DNA of 55,445 nt from a virus (taxonomy: Duplodnaviria > Caudoviricetes), in IMG/VR virus record IMGVR_UViG_3300043654_000004, positions 1 to 55,445 of that record; one strand, given 5' to 3'. Below, in pieces: positions 36,101-45,925 of this stretch (positions are counted from its first letter, which is position 1; each line of letters begins with the position of its first letter). A program made the position numbers and the translations under genes. Below the pieces are notes generated by a model that saw only the letters and a program-made list of their open reading frames with translations, had not been told where the DNA came from and searched no databases.

Positions 36101-37336
36101 TTGACGACGCTGTTATTGGACCCGAGTAATGGGAATACGAATTATACAGTTCCTCTCGTTACTTATCTTCAGTATGGGTTTGTTGATAATACTCCAGATA
36201 CAGGTTTAGATACGTTGATTACTGCTGCTGCTAATGGAGAAAATACTCCCCCCTTGCCCGGAGCAGTTAATCTTACTTATCATCTCAATCGAATTTGGTA
36301 CAGTATTGGAAATATTGTATATTATACAACAGGGCCGTTAGCAACAGTTGGTAATGGGATTAACGGAACTGCGCCGTTGAACTTTGACGTACAAGAAGCG
36401 ATGGTAACTCGGTTAGTTCCGACTGCAATCGGCCTTCTTGTATTTACTGTTTCGGACATACGGATTATTGCTAATAACGGAAATGGAACGATCTTACCGA
36501 GTCTTCCTTACGAACCCGGCATTGGTTTGAGCAATTATAACGCTCTTGACCAGTCAGGACCTATGGTTGGTTTCTTTACGACTGATAGACAGTTCCTTCT
36601 ATTTAACCCTAGTGCGGGCGTACAGGTAATGTCCAGCCCAATCGGAGATCAATTACGGAAGAATACTAATGTTGCACCTACAGCATTTAACCCTAAGACA
36701 GCTTATGTTGCTTGGTATGTCAACGGCGAAGACATGGGATGGTTTCTTGCAGATGGCGCTAACGGTTGGTTTAGACTGATTAATAATCCAGCCCCTGATT
36801 TTGGTATGTCTTGGAGTCCGTTTTCAACGATTGTTGGTGGGGTTAAAGCTATCAAATCTGTTGAAGTTGCTCCGGGAATTCATAATCTGTTAACCGGGCC
36901 TACAGGTTCAGGAAGTATTCTTTATAGAAATCTTGATGCGTCTACAGATGGCGGATTAGGGTTGGCAAGCGGAAATAACTATCCAGCTTTTATGGTCTTT
37001 GGTTCTTATGTTCTTGCTCAACCGGGCCAAGTCGCACAGATTATGTTTATTACGACAGACTCTGTGGCTGTAGGCTCGCCTTTGATTTTAGGACTTCTTA
37101 TTGATGAGGCTTTGCCTTATTTTACGGGAAGTTTTGAAATACTGAAAGACTGGACGAATGATCCTCCGGGATTACCGCCTAGTAAGTCAATTTATGGGCA
37201 AAGATTCTATCTTTCGGAGACTCAAGAACCCGCAGCTTGCAGACATGCTCAAATCATGGTGCAGTGGCCTCCCGAAAACGCTATTAATGAACTTCAGAGC
37301 TTCACAATTTACGGAAGTTTCGTCCAAGAAAGCTAA
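33173..37336 (+). CDS. Large tail nozzle-type protein with inserted carbohydrate-binding modules including PA14-like
   Basis: 1387 aa; FFSGLWTNRSPL...SRRPG N-terminus; LYFGNG; IFRTTDG; YHLNRIW; PA14-like SHDDG segment. Confidence 0.7.
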   Translation: MPNPLQIAGAQSDKNTRFAAIYTGRFFSGLWTNRSPLRDAASSRTEEKYYGPRGDAMIAGSNVEITNKQTVSRRPGNPIYSQFNSAVGPTTPWNNILSFDEFRLNKGLSDVFGTVTEQIDVMVDTSTALYALNGSSSQLVFTKTAGAGQDYMKQVGNELYFGNGINDKKWLQSLFVRTSASNSATLQLNSYPFMDTFLIDPNGNIQQIIGAIVQSGAASSVNNITVTNVVIANNVATFTTSASPFVDQPIGTQFMFWGFTNPNTKFLNGFTVTLTSDWSTISTSFTANIIHPNVSQADTAFIQIESGGTDSVHNTLVLGSSVPTWGTTVPSSSNNFYGSLTIDGQAIWINRGNPVENWGLAAPTQPLTVTASGTSQGWMPKTYYSPASIYIDNNAGFLWQVTTAGTTGAVQPSWPGSPTPSAKTDILSVSLTSNVVTFKTATQAYSAGNIVNIAGLLGATFLNGQALTVISTGLSTTQFEANFTHANYPTTADNGYSSLPGTTQADNTVTWTCIQSPASLTWATHNHYYTNDYLTAIAGGVNYFYQLSKRTQPFISGWSKPTISQAGFASPNNGVSAYAWTGNPSTAGSFDKFYGEAGLGASSTLMTTPGSLFAISSPTIPSNTGVPATTQGAAGDGLFFFSVNGAGELNTTGSINSFGGFQEWEAAFICNIFIPTPGPYSFSASHDDGTFFAFDNSAGVTRNSGTTLDVPANPPAVPQTAVLGTGTGYLNPVGQNASGFFPTDSGSYSFPTVGNYGLEIDWKNWENQSKMVFTCNGQNLAISPDESGSSTPAFPPFTTTGATYNATLGLIVYGSGDTVQEAANQYTWSNIGPVSDFTWTANTPYTLPATVIIDSNSNQEGPIQTGISGTTAPVWQTALNAITIDNAVDNLKWINEGNIPTQTTTGKITATSAQGWEYAIALVNTLDNTVSNIGPLSKGTGPVVNGQVTFAPGAGLTTAIIDPQADYVAIFRTTDGLTTLLLDPSNGNTNYTVPLVTYLQYGFVDNTPDTGLDTLITAAANGENTPPLPGAVNLTYHLNRIWYSIGNIVYYTTGPLATVGNGINGTAPLNFDVQEAMVTRLVPTAIGLLVFTVSDIRIIANNGNGTILPSLPYEPGIGLSNYNALDQSGPMVGFFTTDRQFLLFNPSAGVQVMSSPIGDQLRKNTNVAPTAFNPKTAYVAWYVNGEDMGWFLADGANGWFRLINNPAPDFGMSWSPFSTIVGGVKAIKSVEVAPGIHNLLTGPTGSGSILYRNLDASTDGGLGLASGNNYPAFMVFGSYVLAQPGQVAQIMFITTDSVAVGSPLILGLLIDEALPYFTGSFEILKDWTNDPPGLPPSKSIYGQRFYLSETQEPAACRHAQIMVQWPPENAINELQSFTIYGSFVQES

Positions 37337-37338
37337 TA

Positions 37339-38031
37339 ATGCCTTCGATAAACGACGCACAACAAGCGGATTTAACAGGATATAAACCTGTTGATCCGCT
37401 TCCTGTTTTACCTGCGCTAGTAAAGAATACGCCTAGTTCTGACGTATTCAATCGTTGTCCGCTTCCTCCGTTCAATATCGATCCAGACACATTGCGTCAA
37501 TTTGAAGTAACTGGAAGTGGCGTTCCGCAATTACGAGTTATCCCGCTTCCTATACAAACGGGCGGAACGAGTACAACAACTTTTGTAGGCAATTCTAGTT
37601 CTAGCTCTAGTTCTGGCGGTAGTTCAACTGTTGTTACACCGACAATTACTATTAAAAGCGCGATGTTTACGACAGGTGGAATTCCGGTCGGTAATTGGGT
37701 ATTAGGAACGATTACTCTTTCACGGTCATTTCAGTTAGCTACTATATCCGTTAATAATCCTTGTGAAGTAAGACTTTATGGGTCGAGTTTAACTCAGACG
37801 ATTGATTCATCTAGGCCAGTTGACGCCCCCGTCCCGGCAGAAATAACTCAAGGATTGATTGCAGATGTAATTTTTGATACTGCGCCGTTTACTTGGGGTT
37901 TTCAGAATACTGTTGGATGTAATCAGAGCGCCCCACAGACGACGACTGCTTTTATTACAGTTCTTAATTCAGGAAATACGGCACTTCCGGGCGTACAAGT
38001 CTCAGTTGCTTATGTACCGTTGGAAACTTAA
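37339..38031 (+). CDS. Tail-associated protein
   Basis: Position; beta-rich C-terminus with Ser/Gly linker. Confidence 0.65.
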   Translation: MPSINDAQQADLTGYKPVDPLPVLPALVKNTPSSDVFNRCPLPPFNIDPDTLRQFEVTGSGVPQLRVIPLPIQTGGTSTTTFVGNSSSSSSSGGSSTVVTPTITIKSAMFTTGGIPVGNWVLGTITLSRSFQLATISVNNPCEVRLYGSSLTQTIDSSRPVDAPVPAEITQGLIADVIFDTAPFTWGFQNTVGCNQSAPQTTTAFITVLNSGNTALPGVQVSVAYVPLET

Positions 38032-38369
38032 TGAATCGACAAGTCTACCCATCAAGTCTCTTTCCCCTTCGGGGAGACGTTAGCGCTGAAGCAGGCGCTA
38101 CAATAGTTGAAGTAATCGGAATTGAAGGGTTTCCGATAAGTGGCCCGCCAACTGGACCAGACACGTTAATATTTAACACAACAACGAATACTTGGAATCC
38201 AACCCAATTAAATGCTTGTGTATTATGTAATGGCGTTCCTGTCTCTGGAGACTATGCTTTTTTCTCTAGAGGTATAGATTTAGCGTTTTTGACAGGCTGG
38301 ACACACGGATTTGCCTATTTTGTATTTCAGAATGGCGTTGGTGTTCCCGGAACGGAGACAAGTAGATAA
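38031..38369 (+). CDS. Tail-associated hypothetical protein
   Basis: TAATG overlap; fibre-like LRGDV motif. Confidence 0.65.
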   Translation: MNRQVYPSSLFPLRGDVSAEAGATIVEVIGIEGFPISGPPTGPDTLIFNTTTNTWNPTQLNACVLCNGVPVSGDYAFFSRGIDLAFLTGWTHGFAYFVFQNGVGVPGTETSR

Positions 38370-38852
38370 ATGTCCATCAATTTTAGTACAACAAGTCCAG
38401 CGGCCCCGGCAGGAAACATCAATGTCACGCCACAAAACGATGGTGCGGGCAATCAATCATTTTACGTTCCTTCTAGCCCAACTATCAATACAGTTATAGA
38501 TTTGACTGCTCAGAATGCTAACATTGGCTCTACATTAATTGTTTCTGCGCCTGCAACTGGACGATATAGAGTTTCAGGGTACGCAATTGTTACGACAGTT
38601 GCTAGTACTGGAGCAGCCACTTCGACATTGCCGAGTATTGTCATCGGTTGGACTGATCCTGATAATTCAACTTCTCAGACACTGACTTTGACCCCGACGA
38701 ATTCTGGAAACGTTTTAACGACTTATCAGCAAGCAATTGGATTTATTAGCGCTAAGACAGCGACAAATATTAACTATTCGACTACAGGATATGCATCGAA
38801 TACAGCAAGTCAGATGCAATATGCGCTTCATATTGTATTAGAAGTGGCTTAA
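38370..38852 (+). CDS. Ser/Thr-rich tail-associated protein
   Basis: Composition and position. Confidence 0.65.
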   Translation: MSINFSTTSPAAPAGNINVTPQNDGAGNQSFYVPSSPTINTVIDLTAQNANIGSTLIVSAPATGRYRVSGYAIVTTVASTGAATSTLPSIVIGWTDPDNSTSQTLTLTPTNSGNVLTTYQQAIGFISAKTATNINYSTTGYASNTASQMQYALHIVLEVA

Positions 38853-38853
38853 T

Positions 38854-39243
38854 ATGATTACAAGTCGGCCCATCACCCCTGAAGATATAGAAATACTTCA
38901 GAAAGCATTAGATCAGAATGATTTTCATCCTGACCAGAAAACAGAATATTATACGAATGTCGGAGTAACAGACGTTTATGAAAATGAACAAGGGCCGATA
39001 GGTTTTCTACGATATACAAAAGCACTCCGACTTTGTACGGTTTGGACTAGTAATGCTGATCGGGAACGTAACGCGGCTTCGATTATTCAGGCTATTTTTG
39101 ACGCGGTTCAGAAGGCCAGAGCGAATGGGTATTCTGAGATAATTTTTGAAACTACGTCGCCTAAACTTAGTCAGTTTTGCGCTGATAGACTTGGATTTGA
39201 AAAAGCCACTGGCGATACAATGGTTTTGTATGTAAAAGGATAG
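38854..39243 (+). CDS. GNAT-fold-like protein preceding the ejection genes
   Basis: RPITPED N-terminus, ANGYSEIIFET...RLGFEK; position matches podovirus layouts. Confidence 0.6.
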   Translation: MITSRPITPEDIEILQKALDQNDFHPDQKTEYYTNVGVTDVYENEQGPIGFLRYTKALRLCTVWTSNADRERNAASIIQAIFDAVQKARANGYSEIIFETTSPKLSQFCADRLGFEKATGDTMVLYVKG

Positions 39244-39251
39244 GGTAATTA

Positions 39252-39665
39252 ATGCCACGTGAGAGAATCGAAAATAAGTGCCCTCAAGGGCATGAACTTA
39301 CAGAAGAAAATTCCTTTTTCAATAATCATGGAAATAAATGTTGTAAGATATGTCGAAGAGTAGCAGTAACTAAATACAGAAATTCTGGAAAGGGTGAAAC
39401 TGTATTTTTTAAAAGAGATTTAAAAAAATTAGGCTGGACTGTTGAATTGTTTGAAGCAACTAAGATTGCCCAAAATAATCTTTGTGCTATATGCAAACAA
39501 TCGCATCCTTCAAATAAGAAAAGATTATCCGTAGATCACGACCACGACACAAATATGCCTAGAGGTCTACTGTGTTCTAATTGTAATGCTGGGTTAGGAA
39601 TGTTTAAAGATAATTCCTACTTATTAGAATTAGCCGCGATATATTTAAGAAAGTATGGAAAGTAA
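39252..39665 (+). CDS. Free-standing endonuclease VII-type homing endonuclease (apparently intact)
   Basis: CPQGHE..CKIC; CAICK...LSVDHDH...RGLLCSNCNAGLGMFKD. Confidence 0.9.
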   Translation: MPRERIENKCPQGHELTEENSFFNNHGNKCCKICRRVAVTKYRNSGKGETVFFKRDLKKLGWTVELFEATKIAQNNLCAICKQSHPSNKKRLSVDHDHDTNMPRGLLCSNCNAGLGMFKDNSYLLELAAIYLRKYGK

Positions 39666-39668
39666 ATC

Positions 39669-40415
39669 ATGTTTGTAACTACAAAGATAGTCTTTTCATC
39701 GACGTATGAAGTGCTAGAGCATGAAGGATACGAATATGAAGGTCCAGTTGCACGGTGTTGTGACGCATCGAAGCAGCAAACTGGCGCGGCAGCAACACAA
39801 CAAAGTTTGATGAATCAAATGACAGGTCAAATGACTCAAGTCTTTGGCAACGATAATCAAGTATTTAATAATTTGATGGCGTCTGTTCAACAAACAGTGG
39901 CCGCTGGCCCCGGACAACAAGGGTTTAGTCAAGCTGAATTGAATGCTATGAATTCTCAGGCTATTACTAATAACGCCAATCAATATAAAAACGTCTCAGG
40001 CGCAGTTAAATCAGGAGAGGCAGCGCAAGGCGGCGGTAATAGTGTAAGTAATGCTGGAGCAACAATCGGATTGAATACGGGGATTGCGGAGCAAGCGGCT
40101 GCTAATACGGCGAATTCATTGAATCAGATTACGCAGGCGAATTATGCAACAGGCCGACAAAATTATCAAAATGCAGTAGCTACAGAACAAGGACTGACAA
40201 ATTCATTTAATAATCTTTCCAGTCTAGAAAATTCTGCCCAAGCTGGAACAGAAGCAAATTATAAAAATCAGGCTGCAATCGGTAGTCAAAATCAATGGTT
40301 GACTAAAGATATTTCAAGTCTTGCAATGTCAGGAGTTAGCGCTATGGCAAGCGGCGGAGTAGACTCGTTAGGAACTTTAGCTAGTCAACAAGGTAGCGGA
40401 AATATTGGATGGTAG
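39669..40415 (+). CDS. Putative ejection (internal virion) protein
   Basis: YEGPVARC N-terminus; Q/N/A/G-rich; position. Confidence 0.65.
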   Translation: MFVTTKIVFSSTYEVLEHEGYEYEGPVARCCDASKQQTGAAATQQSLMNQMTGQMTQVFGNDNQVFNNLMASVQQTVAAGPGQQGFSQAELNAMNSQAITNNANQYKNVSGAVKSGEAAQGGGNSVSNAGATIGLNTGIAEQAAANTANSLNQITQANYATGRQNYQNAVATEQGLTNSFNNLSSLENSAQAGTEANYKNQAAIGSQNQWLTKDISSLAMSGVSAMASGGVDSLGTLASQQGSGNIGW

Positions 40416-40442
40416 TGGAAATATTGGATTCTAAAGGCTATA

Positions 40443-42602
40443 ATGGCAGACTCACCAGATACAGTAAGTAACATCCCCGACCCTACTGCGGGACAAGCAG
40501 GACAGAACAGCGATCAAAGTGTAGGTCAACAAGCCCAACAAGCAGCTAATCAAGTCTCCCCTCAACAACCCCAAGCTGGGGGTTCTGGGCCTACAGGACT
40601 ACCAGCCGCTTCTGCGCCTCAAACGCCAGCGCCTCAGCAACAGCAACAGCAACAGCAACAACAGCCACAACAAGGTCAGCCGCCAAAGAAACAATCAGTC
40701 TTTAATAAAGTCCTTGAGATGGCTACAGGTGGGCCTGTTAGATATGACGAGCGCGTAAAAGATGCTAATGGTAATTATACTGGAGAAACAAAGCCTGTAG
40801 TTCAACATCGTTCATCTAAGGTCTTGGCAGCGGCCATCCTTGCGAATGCCGTTCAAGGATTTATTGCAGGCGCAGGTCAACAGGATTTTGCTAGCGCGAA
40901 CCGAGCAGGAGCGGCAGTCGGAGCGGCAAACGCTCAAAAACCAAGTCAACAGGCACAGCAGAGAGATGATGTAGCTTATTCTAATCAGATCAATACAACG
41001 AAGCATAATCTAGAAGTTCATAAACTGATGCTTGATCTTAATAAGCAGCAAACCGATCAAATGCAAAATGTTGTCGATGATAATAAGCCAATTCTTGATT
41101 CGCTTGAAATGGCTCAAAAAGAATCTCCAAAACCTTTAATTTTGAAACAGAATATTACTGAAGATGAACTGACAAAATTGTTGTCTGATGGAACGGCGCA
41201 TGTCACTCGGCAATCAGTATTTCCAGACGGAACTTCTGATGTTTATGACCAGTCGGGAAAACAAGTCTTTAATCCAGATGGAACGCCTAAGAAGACGTAT
41301 ACATATACAGTCTATGACCCTTCAGCGATGGTCGGTTTGACAGATGAATTGAAGCGGACAAATCCAGAATTAGTAAATGTTGCTTCCGGCCAACAGGTTC
41401 CGGTTCGAGTTTTAGCTAATCTTTGGCAGAAACGCGGACAAAGCATAGCCGCGCAAGGATATATTGACGACTTTCAAAAACGCCTTCAGACTATGACGGG
41501 CGATAAACAAGCGCCTATTAATTTCGTTGAAGCGACTAAGAAAGACCCTATTCTTAATGGAATGAAGCCCATTCTTGGAAAATACGCAGGTATGGACCCA
41601 GATAAAGCTTTAGACGCGATGAGAAAAGATAAAGTCGATCCTAACGTTATCGGAAGTTTCCAACGATTATTTAATATCAATGAAGGGGATTTAACCGAAT
41701 CTCGGGCAGAAATGGAAAGACAGACCCGTAAAGATCAAGATATTCAACAGAAAAAGTTAGAATCTAATCTTACGCTTGAACGAGAAAAGAAATTAGTTGA
41801 TTACAAGAAAAAAGCTGGTGTGGATGTAGATGATTCGGATACTCTGTCTAACGCTAAAAGTTTTCCGAATGAATGGGTAGACCCAAAGACGGGAATGCAT
41901 TACAATCTTTCTAATCCTGTCTATAATGTGGTTGAAGGCGGGGAAGACCCGAGCCAAATGTCTAAGCGGGCAACTAAAGGGTCTTCAGAATATAATCGAC
42001 TACTTCGCCAAGCAAATGACTATTCTTTTGCACGATATGGTAGACCTTTTGATGTGGCCCAAGCGAGCACTGATTATAAGTACGCGAATCAGAAGACTAC
42101 TCAAGATACGATTAAACTTCTTCGGTCACTTACTGGCGATGACAATAAGAATATTGGTGGAACATTTAAGCAACTTGATGATCGCTTTAACGCTCTTGGA
42201 AATACGCAAATTCCGAAGGTTAATAATGTATTTCAATGGCTTGAAACAAATGCAGGCCAACCGGGAGTTCCGGCTTTTAATGCAACCCTTCTTGGTGTTG
42301 CCGACGAATACGGCAAAATTCTTGGCGGCGGTGTAGCAACTGACTCTTCTAGAAATGAAGCTAAAGAGATCATTAATCGGGCATTTAGCGAACAGCAAGG
42401 TAAAGCGGCACTTCAGGCGATTCGTGGTACGCTCGCTAATCGTCAAAATGCTATGGTTGGCGACAATCGTTATCTTGTAAAACAATTTGGTAAGATGAGT
42501 CAACCACCTGTTGTCCCACAAGGAAAAATTGGAGTCTATAAAAACGGGCAACTCATCGGATTTTCTGATGACACTAAAGGGACTAACTATCACGCATTCT
42601 AA
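40443..42602 (+). CDS. Putative ejection protein with poly-Gln N-terminal tract
   Basis: 719 aa, helical; ILGGGVATDS motif; position. Confidence 0.65.
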   Translation: MADSPDTVSNIPDPTAGQAGQNSDQSVGQQAQQAANQVSPQQPQAGGSGPTGLPAASAPQTPAPQQQQQQQQQQPQQGQPPKKQSVFNKVLEMATGGPVRYDERVKDANGNYTGETKPVVQHRSSKVLAAAILANAVQGFIAGAGQQDFASANRAGAAVGAANAQKPSQQAQQRDDVAYSNQINTTKHNLEVHKLMLDLNKQQTDQMQNVVDDNKPILDSLEMAQKESPKPLILKQNITEDELTKLLSDGTAHVTRQSVFPDGTSDVYDQSGKQVFNPDGTPKKTYTYTVYDPSAMVGLTDELKRTNPELVNVASGQQVPVRVLANLWQKRGQSIAAQGYIDDFQKRLQTMTGDKQAPINFVEATKKDPILNGMKPILGKYAGMDPDKALDAMRKDKVDPNVIGSFQRLFNINEGDLTESRAEMERQTRKDQDIQQKKLESNLTLEREKKLVDYKKKAGVDVDDSDTLSNAKSFPNEWVDPKTGMHYNLSNPVYNVVEGGEDPSQMSKRATKGSSEYNRLLRQANDYSFARYGRPFDVAQASTDYKYANQKTTQDTIKLLRSLTGDDNKNIGGTFKQLDDRFNALGNTQIPKVNNVFQWLETNAGQPGVPAFNATLLGVADEYGKILGGGVATDSSRNEAKEIINRAFSEQQGKAALQAIRGTLANRQNAMVGDNRYLVKQFGKMSQPPVVPQGKIGVYKNGQLIGFSDDTKGTNYHAF

Positions 42603-42610
42603 GGAACATA

Positions 42611-44986
42611 ATGGCTGAACCACAAGGTAATTCAATTGCTCAAGCCCCTCCAGCACAAGCAACGCCATCTCAACTTCCTGAGGGTGTTACTTTTGGCGAT
42701 CCGGGGCAGAGTCAAGCGCCCAATAATACGCCCAATAATACCCAATCTTCGCCAATTCCTGAAGGTGTGACCTTTGGAGAACCCGGCCAAGAAAAGGGCG
42801 AGCAAAAAGATAATAATGACGTAAGTCATCATGGACTTCTTGCTCGGGCTTGGGATTGGGTTAATTCTCCGATAGCCGATAAAATTCTTCCTAAAGATAT
42901 GAAAACAGCGGACTTAATCAAGGCGGCTGCTTTTGAGAAACTTTATGGACAAGCGTATATTCCCGGAGTTAACGACTTTGATACAATGGCGCAAGTTCAT
43001 GAAAGTCAAGGTCCAGTTAAAAATTTCATTAGAACGTTAGTTGCTGGATCGGCCAAAGATGCGTCTAATATGGCCGCTGGTTTGACTTCTCCCGGCCAAT
43101 TAGCGCTGCTTGCTACAGGCGCGGGAGAAGCAGGAGCGTTAGGCAAGGCAGCAGTCCCGGTTGCAAAGACTGTAGGTGCGCTAGCTGGCCCTGTAATTGC
43201 TGCAACAGGGGCAAGTCAGACATATCAGGCGGTTAAAGACGCTATTAAGAACGGACTGACGCCAGAGAATGTCCAACAAGGGCTGTCTGGTGCCGCAGCC
43301 ATTGCTGGAGGCGCAGCAGGAGCCGCAAAGGGTTTACAAGGAGTAGGAGAAGCAGCTTTAAACAAACTTCGACCTACGACAGAAACGGTCGGTAATACTG
43401 AAGTTCCTGTACGTGGTGCAACGTTGACGAGTAAAGCAGCCCAAAGACTAGTTCCTGCTGAACGACTGGAAGCGTTGGCAAAAGAACAAACCGGACCAGC
43501 CGTAGCGAAAGGCATTGGCGAAACGGCTAAAGAAGCTGCTGGAACGCAAGCTGAAGTCACTCCAGATCAACATGACCGACTTGGCATCCGTGGTGTAGCT
43601 GATGAAGTAAAACAACGTTCTCAGAATACGTTTAAGAAATTAGATGAAGTCTCTGGGAATATGCTTTCTGAGGCTCAACAAATGGCTGAAGACTCTTCTG
43701 CTGACTATTCATCTGAAGGTCGGAAACAATATCGTCAGGCAATGGATTTACAAGATGCGATTTTCGACAATTATAAAGGTCATTCTGAACTTCAAGGAAT
43801 GGATTTAGATAAGGCAAAGACGGACTGGCGACAACAAGTTGCATTACGCGACATCAGTAAGAAATTGACTTCTGCTACAGAGTCGGCTGAAACTCCTAAT
43901 CAGGATTATCAGTTTAAGCAAGGAAAGCAATTGGCGGAATCTGTAGATTCCCTTGTCAAGAATGACAAAGACGTTCTTCAACGAGCCGGATTTACTGAAG
44001 ACCATATTGACCAACTTCAAAAGTTTGGCCGAATTGTTAGAGAACAAGCTAGTATCCCTAGATTCAATAACTTCACTAAAGGAGCGACTAGACTTCTTGC
44101 TTCTGGTTTAGGTTGGCACGAAGGCGGATTTGCTGGTATGCTAGGCGCAAATGTGGCCGAAGGAGCTATAGAACATGCCGGAAGTTGGATGTTTGATAAA
44201 TTGCTAGGAAAAGTCTTGACAACGCCAGCCGCTCTTGATACACTAAATACTGGTTTGACAAGCGGAATCGCGCCTAAACAATTGACTGAACAACTGAAGT
44301 CTAAGATTAACGAATCAGACCCAGATTGGGCCGGGAAGATGGGCGAAACTTTGTCTAATCTCTGGCACGATGAATCTGGAGAATTAACGATTCCACAAGC
44401 TGTGCCAAAAGGCCCACAAACAGCTTACGAATACGATCCTACGGGAGAGAAATTCGGGAATATGCAACACAGGATTACAACTACCGCGAACGGCGAAAAG
44501 ATCGGAGAACTTGCCGCTCAAGACACCGCTCCGGGAGTTGTGACTGTCCGGTCAAATCAGATTTATAATGAGGCTTTTAAAGGTAAGGGCTACGGTAAAT
44601 CCCATTTGATGCAGTTGTTTAAGAATGCATCTGAATCAGGGGCTAAGTCGGTTAATTCTGATATTTCTACGACAGGCGCGGCGCAAAATGTCTGGAATTC
44701 GTTAGAGAAACGGTTTCCAGATGCAGTGACAAAGAAAGTCTACGCTGACGGAAAACCACAATGGACGGTCAATCTTAAGACGTTGAAAGACCGACTTGAT
44801 TTCGAGGGTCTTGATTATACAAATTTAGAACGACGCGGGCAACAAAGAACGGCACCTTTGAATGCAACGGAGTTGGAATCTGCAATCAAATCTCGAAAAC
44901 CGTTCCAGAATCCATTCGATCAGACCCAAGGAGCGCAAGAGACAATTAATCGAGATAAAGCAATGCCTGCATATCCGGGCCGCTAA
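42611..44986 (+). CDS. Large ejection protein with C-terminal GNAT-like domain
   Basis: Ala/Gly-rich helices; EAFKGKGYGK (motif A-like) and SDISTTGAAQNVW. Confidence 0.65.
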   Translation: MAEPQGNSIAQAPPAQATPSQLPEGVTFGDPGQSQAPNNTPNNTQSSPIPEGVTFGEPGQEKGEQKDNNDVSHHGLLARAWDWVNSPIADKILPKDMKTADLIKAAAFEKLYGQAYIPGVNDFDTMAQVHESQGPVKNFIRTLVAGSAKDASNMAAGLTSPGQLALLATGAGEAGALGKAAVPVAKTVGALAGPVIAATGASQTYQAVKDAIKNGLTPENVQQGLSGAAAIAGGAAGAAKGLQGVGEAALNKLRPTTETVGNTEVPVRGATLTSKAAQRLVPAERLEALAKEQTGPAVAKGIGETAKEAAGTQAEVTPDQHDRLGIRGVADEVKQRSQNTFKKLDEVSGNMLSEAQQMAEDSSADYSSEGRKQYRQAMDLQDAIFDNYKGHSELQGMDLDKAKTDWRQQVALRDISKKLTSATESAETPNQDYQFKQGKQLAESVDSLVKNDKDVLQRAGFTEDHIDQLQKFGRIVREQASIPRFNNFTKGATRLLASGLGWHEGGFAGMLGANVAEGAIEHAGSWMFDKLLGKVLTTPAALDTLNTGLTSGIAPKQLTEQLKSKINESDPDWAGKMGETLSNLWHDESGELTIPQAVPKGPQTAYEYDPTGEKFGNMQHRITTTANGEKIGELAAQDTAPGVVTVRSNQIYNEAFKGKGYGKSHLMQLFKNASESGAKSVNSDISTTGAAQNVWNSLEKRFPDAVTKKVYADGKPQWTVNLKTLKDRLDFEGLDYTNLERRGQQRTAPLNATELESAIKSRKPFQNPFDQTQGAQETINRDKAMPAYPGR

Positions 44987-45014
44987 AGTATTGATTATAA
45001 AGCGTAAATGAGAC

Positions 45015-45043
45015 TTGACAAGAATTATAGTGTTTGTTAATAT
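45015..45043 (+). promoter_or_regulatory. Sigma70-type promoter
   Basis: TTGACA, 17 nt, TAATAT with TGn extended -10. Confidence 0.75.
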
Positions 45044-45164
45044 TAAAGATGAGAGATGAACCTATAAGATTGTAGCGCGTTGACTAGGAGTCCCGGCAGG
45101 GTATAAAGGTAACTTGAGAAGTTGCGTTCTCAGCCCTACAATCATATCTTTCTTTGGAGGAGAA

Positions 45165-45596
45165 TTGTTAACAACCGATCAATTCATTAAGGGCAAAATC
45201 GTTGAGATTTCTTGGCGTTTCGGAAGCTCTTATTCGGGCGGACATCTTGCGGGACAGATGGTAATGAATGTCCTAGCGAATCGATTTCGTTGTGGATGGG
45301 GGTCATATTTATCTATTTTAGAGAATGTTCCTAACTTTATGGCCGAGAATGAAATTCCGTCGTTTAAACTTACGTCTGCTTGGGAGCCGAGCTTTACTAA
45401 ACTTCTTCATGCCATTGAAGGTTGTTATGCCGGATCAACTCAGGATTTGACTAAAGGGGCGCTCTATTTTGGAGATTTGAATAACATCCAAAGAGCGTGG
45501 TTTAAGACAAAAATTATTGACGCAAATAATCCTGATACGGGATTGAGACAACACCCCATTGTCGCTAACATGAATTCGTTGTCGTTTTTTAAGTAG
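45165..45596 (+). CDS. SleB/cell-wall-hydrolase-like protein
   Basis: TTG after GGAGGAG; MVMNVLANR...DLTKGALYF; catalytic region looks divergent. Confidence 0.6.
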   Translation: MLTTDQFIKGKIVEISWRFGSSYSGGHLAGQMVMNVLANRFRCGWGSYLSILENVPNFMAENEIPSFKLTSAWEPSFTKLLHAIEGCYAGSTQDLTKGALYFGDLNNIQRAWFKTKIIDANNPDTGLRQHPIVANMNSLSFFK

Positions 45597-45604
45597 GAGG
45601 AATT

Positions 45605-45829
45605 TTGGCTCTAGATTTAGCAGCAATTGAAGAAAAAGCGCTATTCCGTAGACTTGACGAAATTGTCGAAATGCAAGATCGGGCCATTTCTGCGTTGAAG
45701 AATGCTTTAGAAGCGACTCAACAGGCATTAAACGTACTTGAACGTAATCGGATGGAACAGGGATATCAGCAGAAACTCGCGTGGCAGCAACAATATCAGC
45801 CTCTTATACAGAAGATGCCTTATTATTGA
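45605..45829 (+). CDS. Small coiled-coil protein
   Basis: SD AGGAGG, TTG start. Confidence 0.65.
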   Translation: MALDLAAIEEKALFRRLDEIVEMQDRAISALKNALEATQQALNVLERNRMEQGYQQKLAWQQQYQPLIQKMPYY

Positions 45830-45925
45830 GTCAGTCGTTTTCATCAGCGGCTGCTTATGGGGTATCGAATAATCTTTTAACTGACATACCTATTATGATA
45901 GATTGGAATATAAAGAAAGATTATA

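Noticed and set aside
40635-40675. CAGCAA repeat as a regulatory or phase-variable element
   Set aside because: In-frame poly-Gln coding tract; length changes would not shift frame
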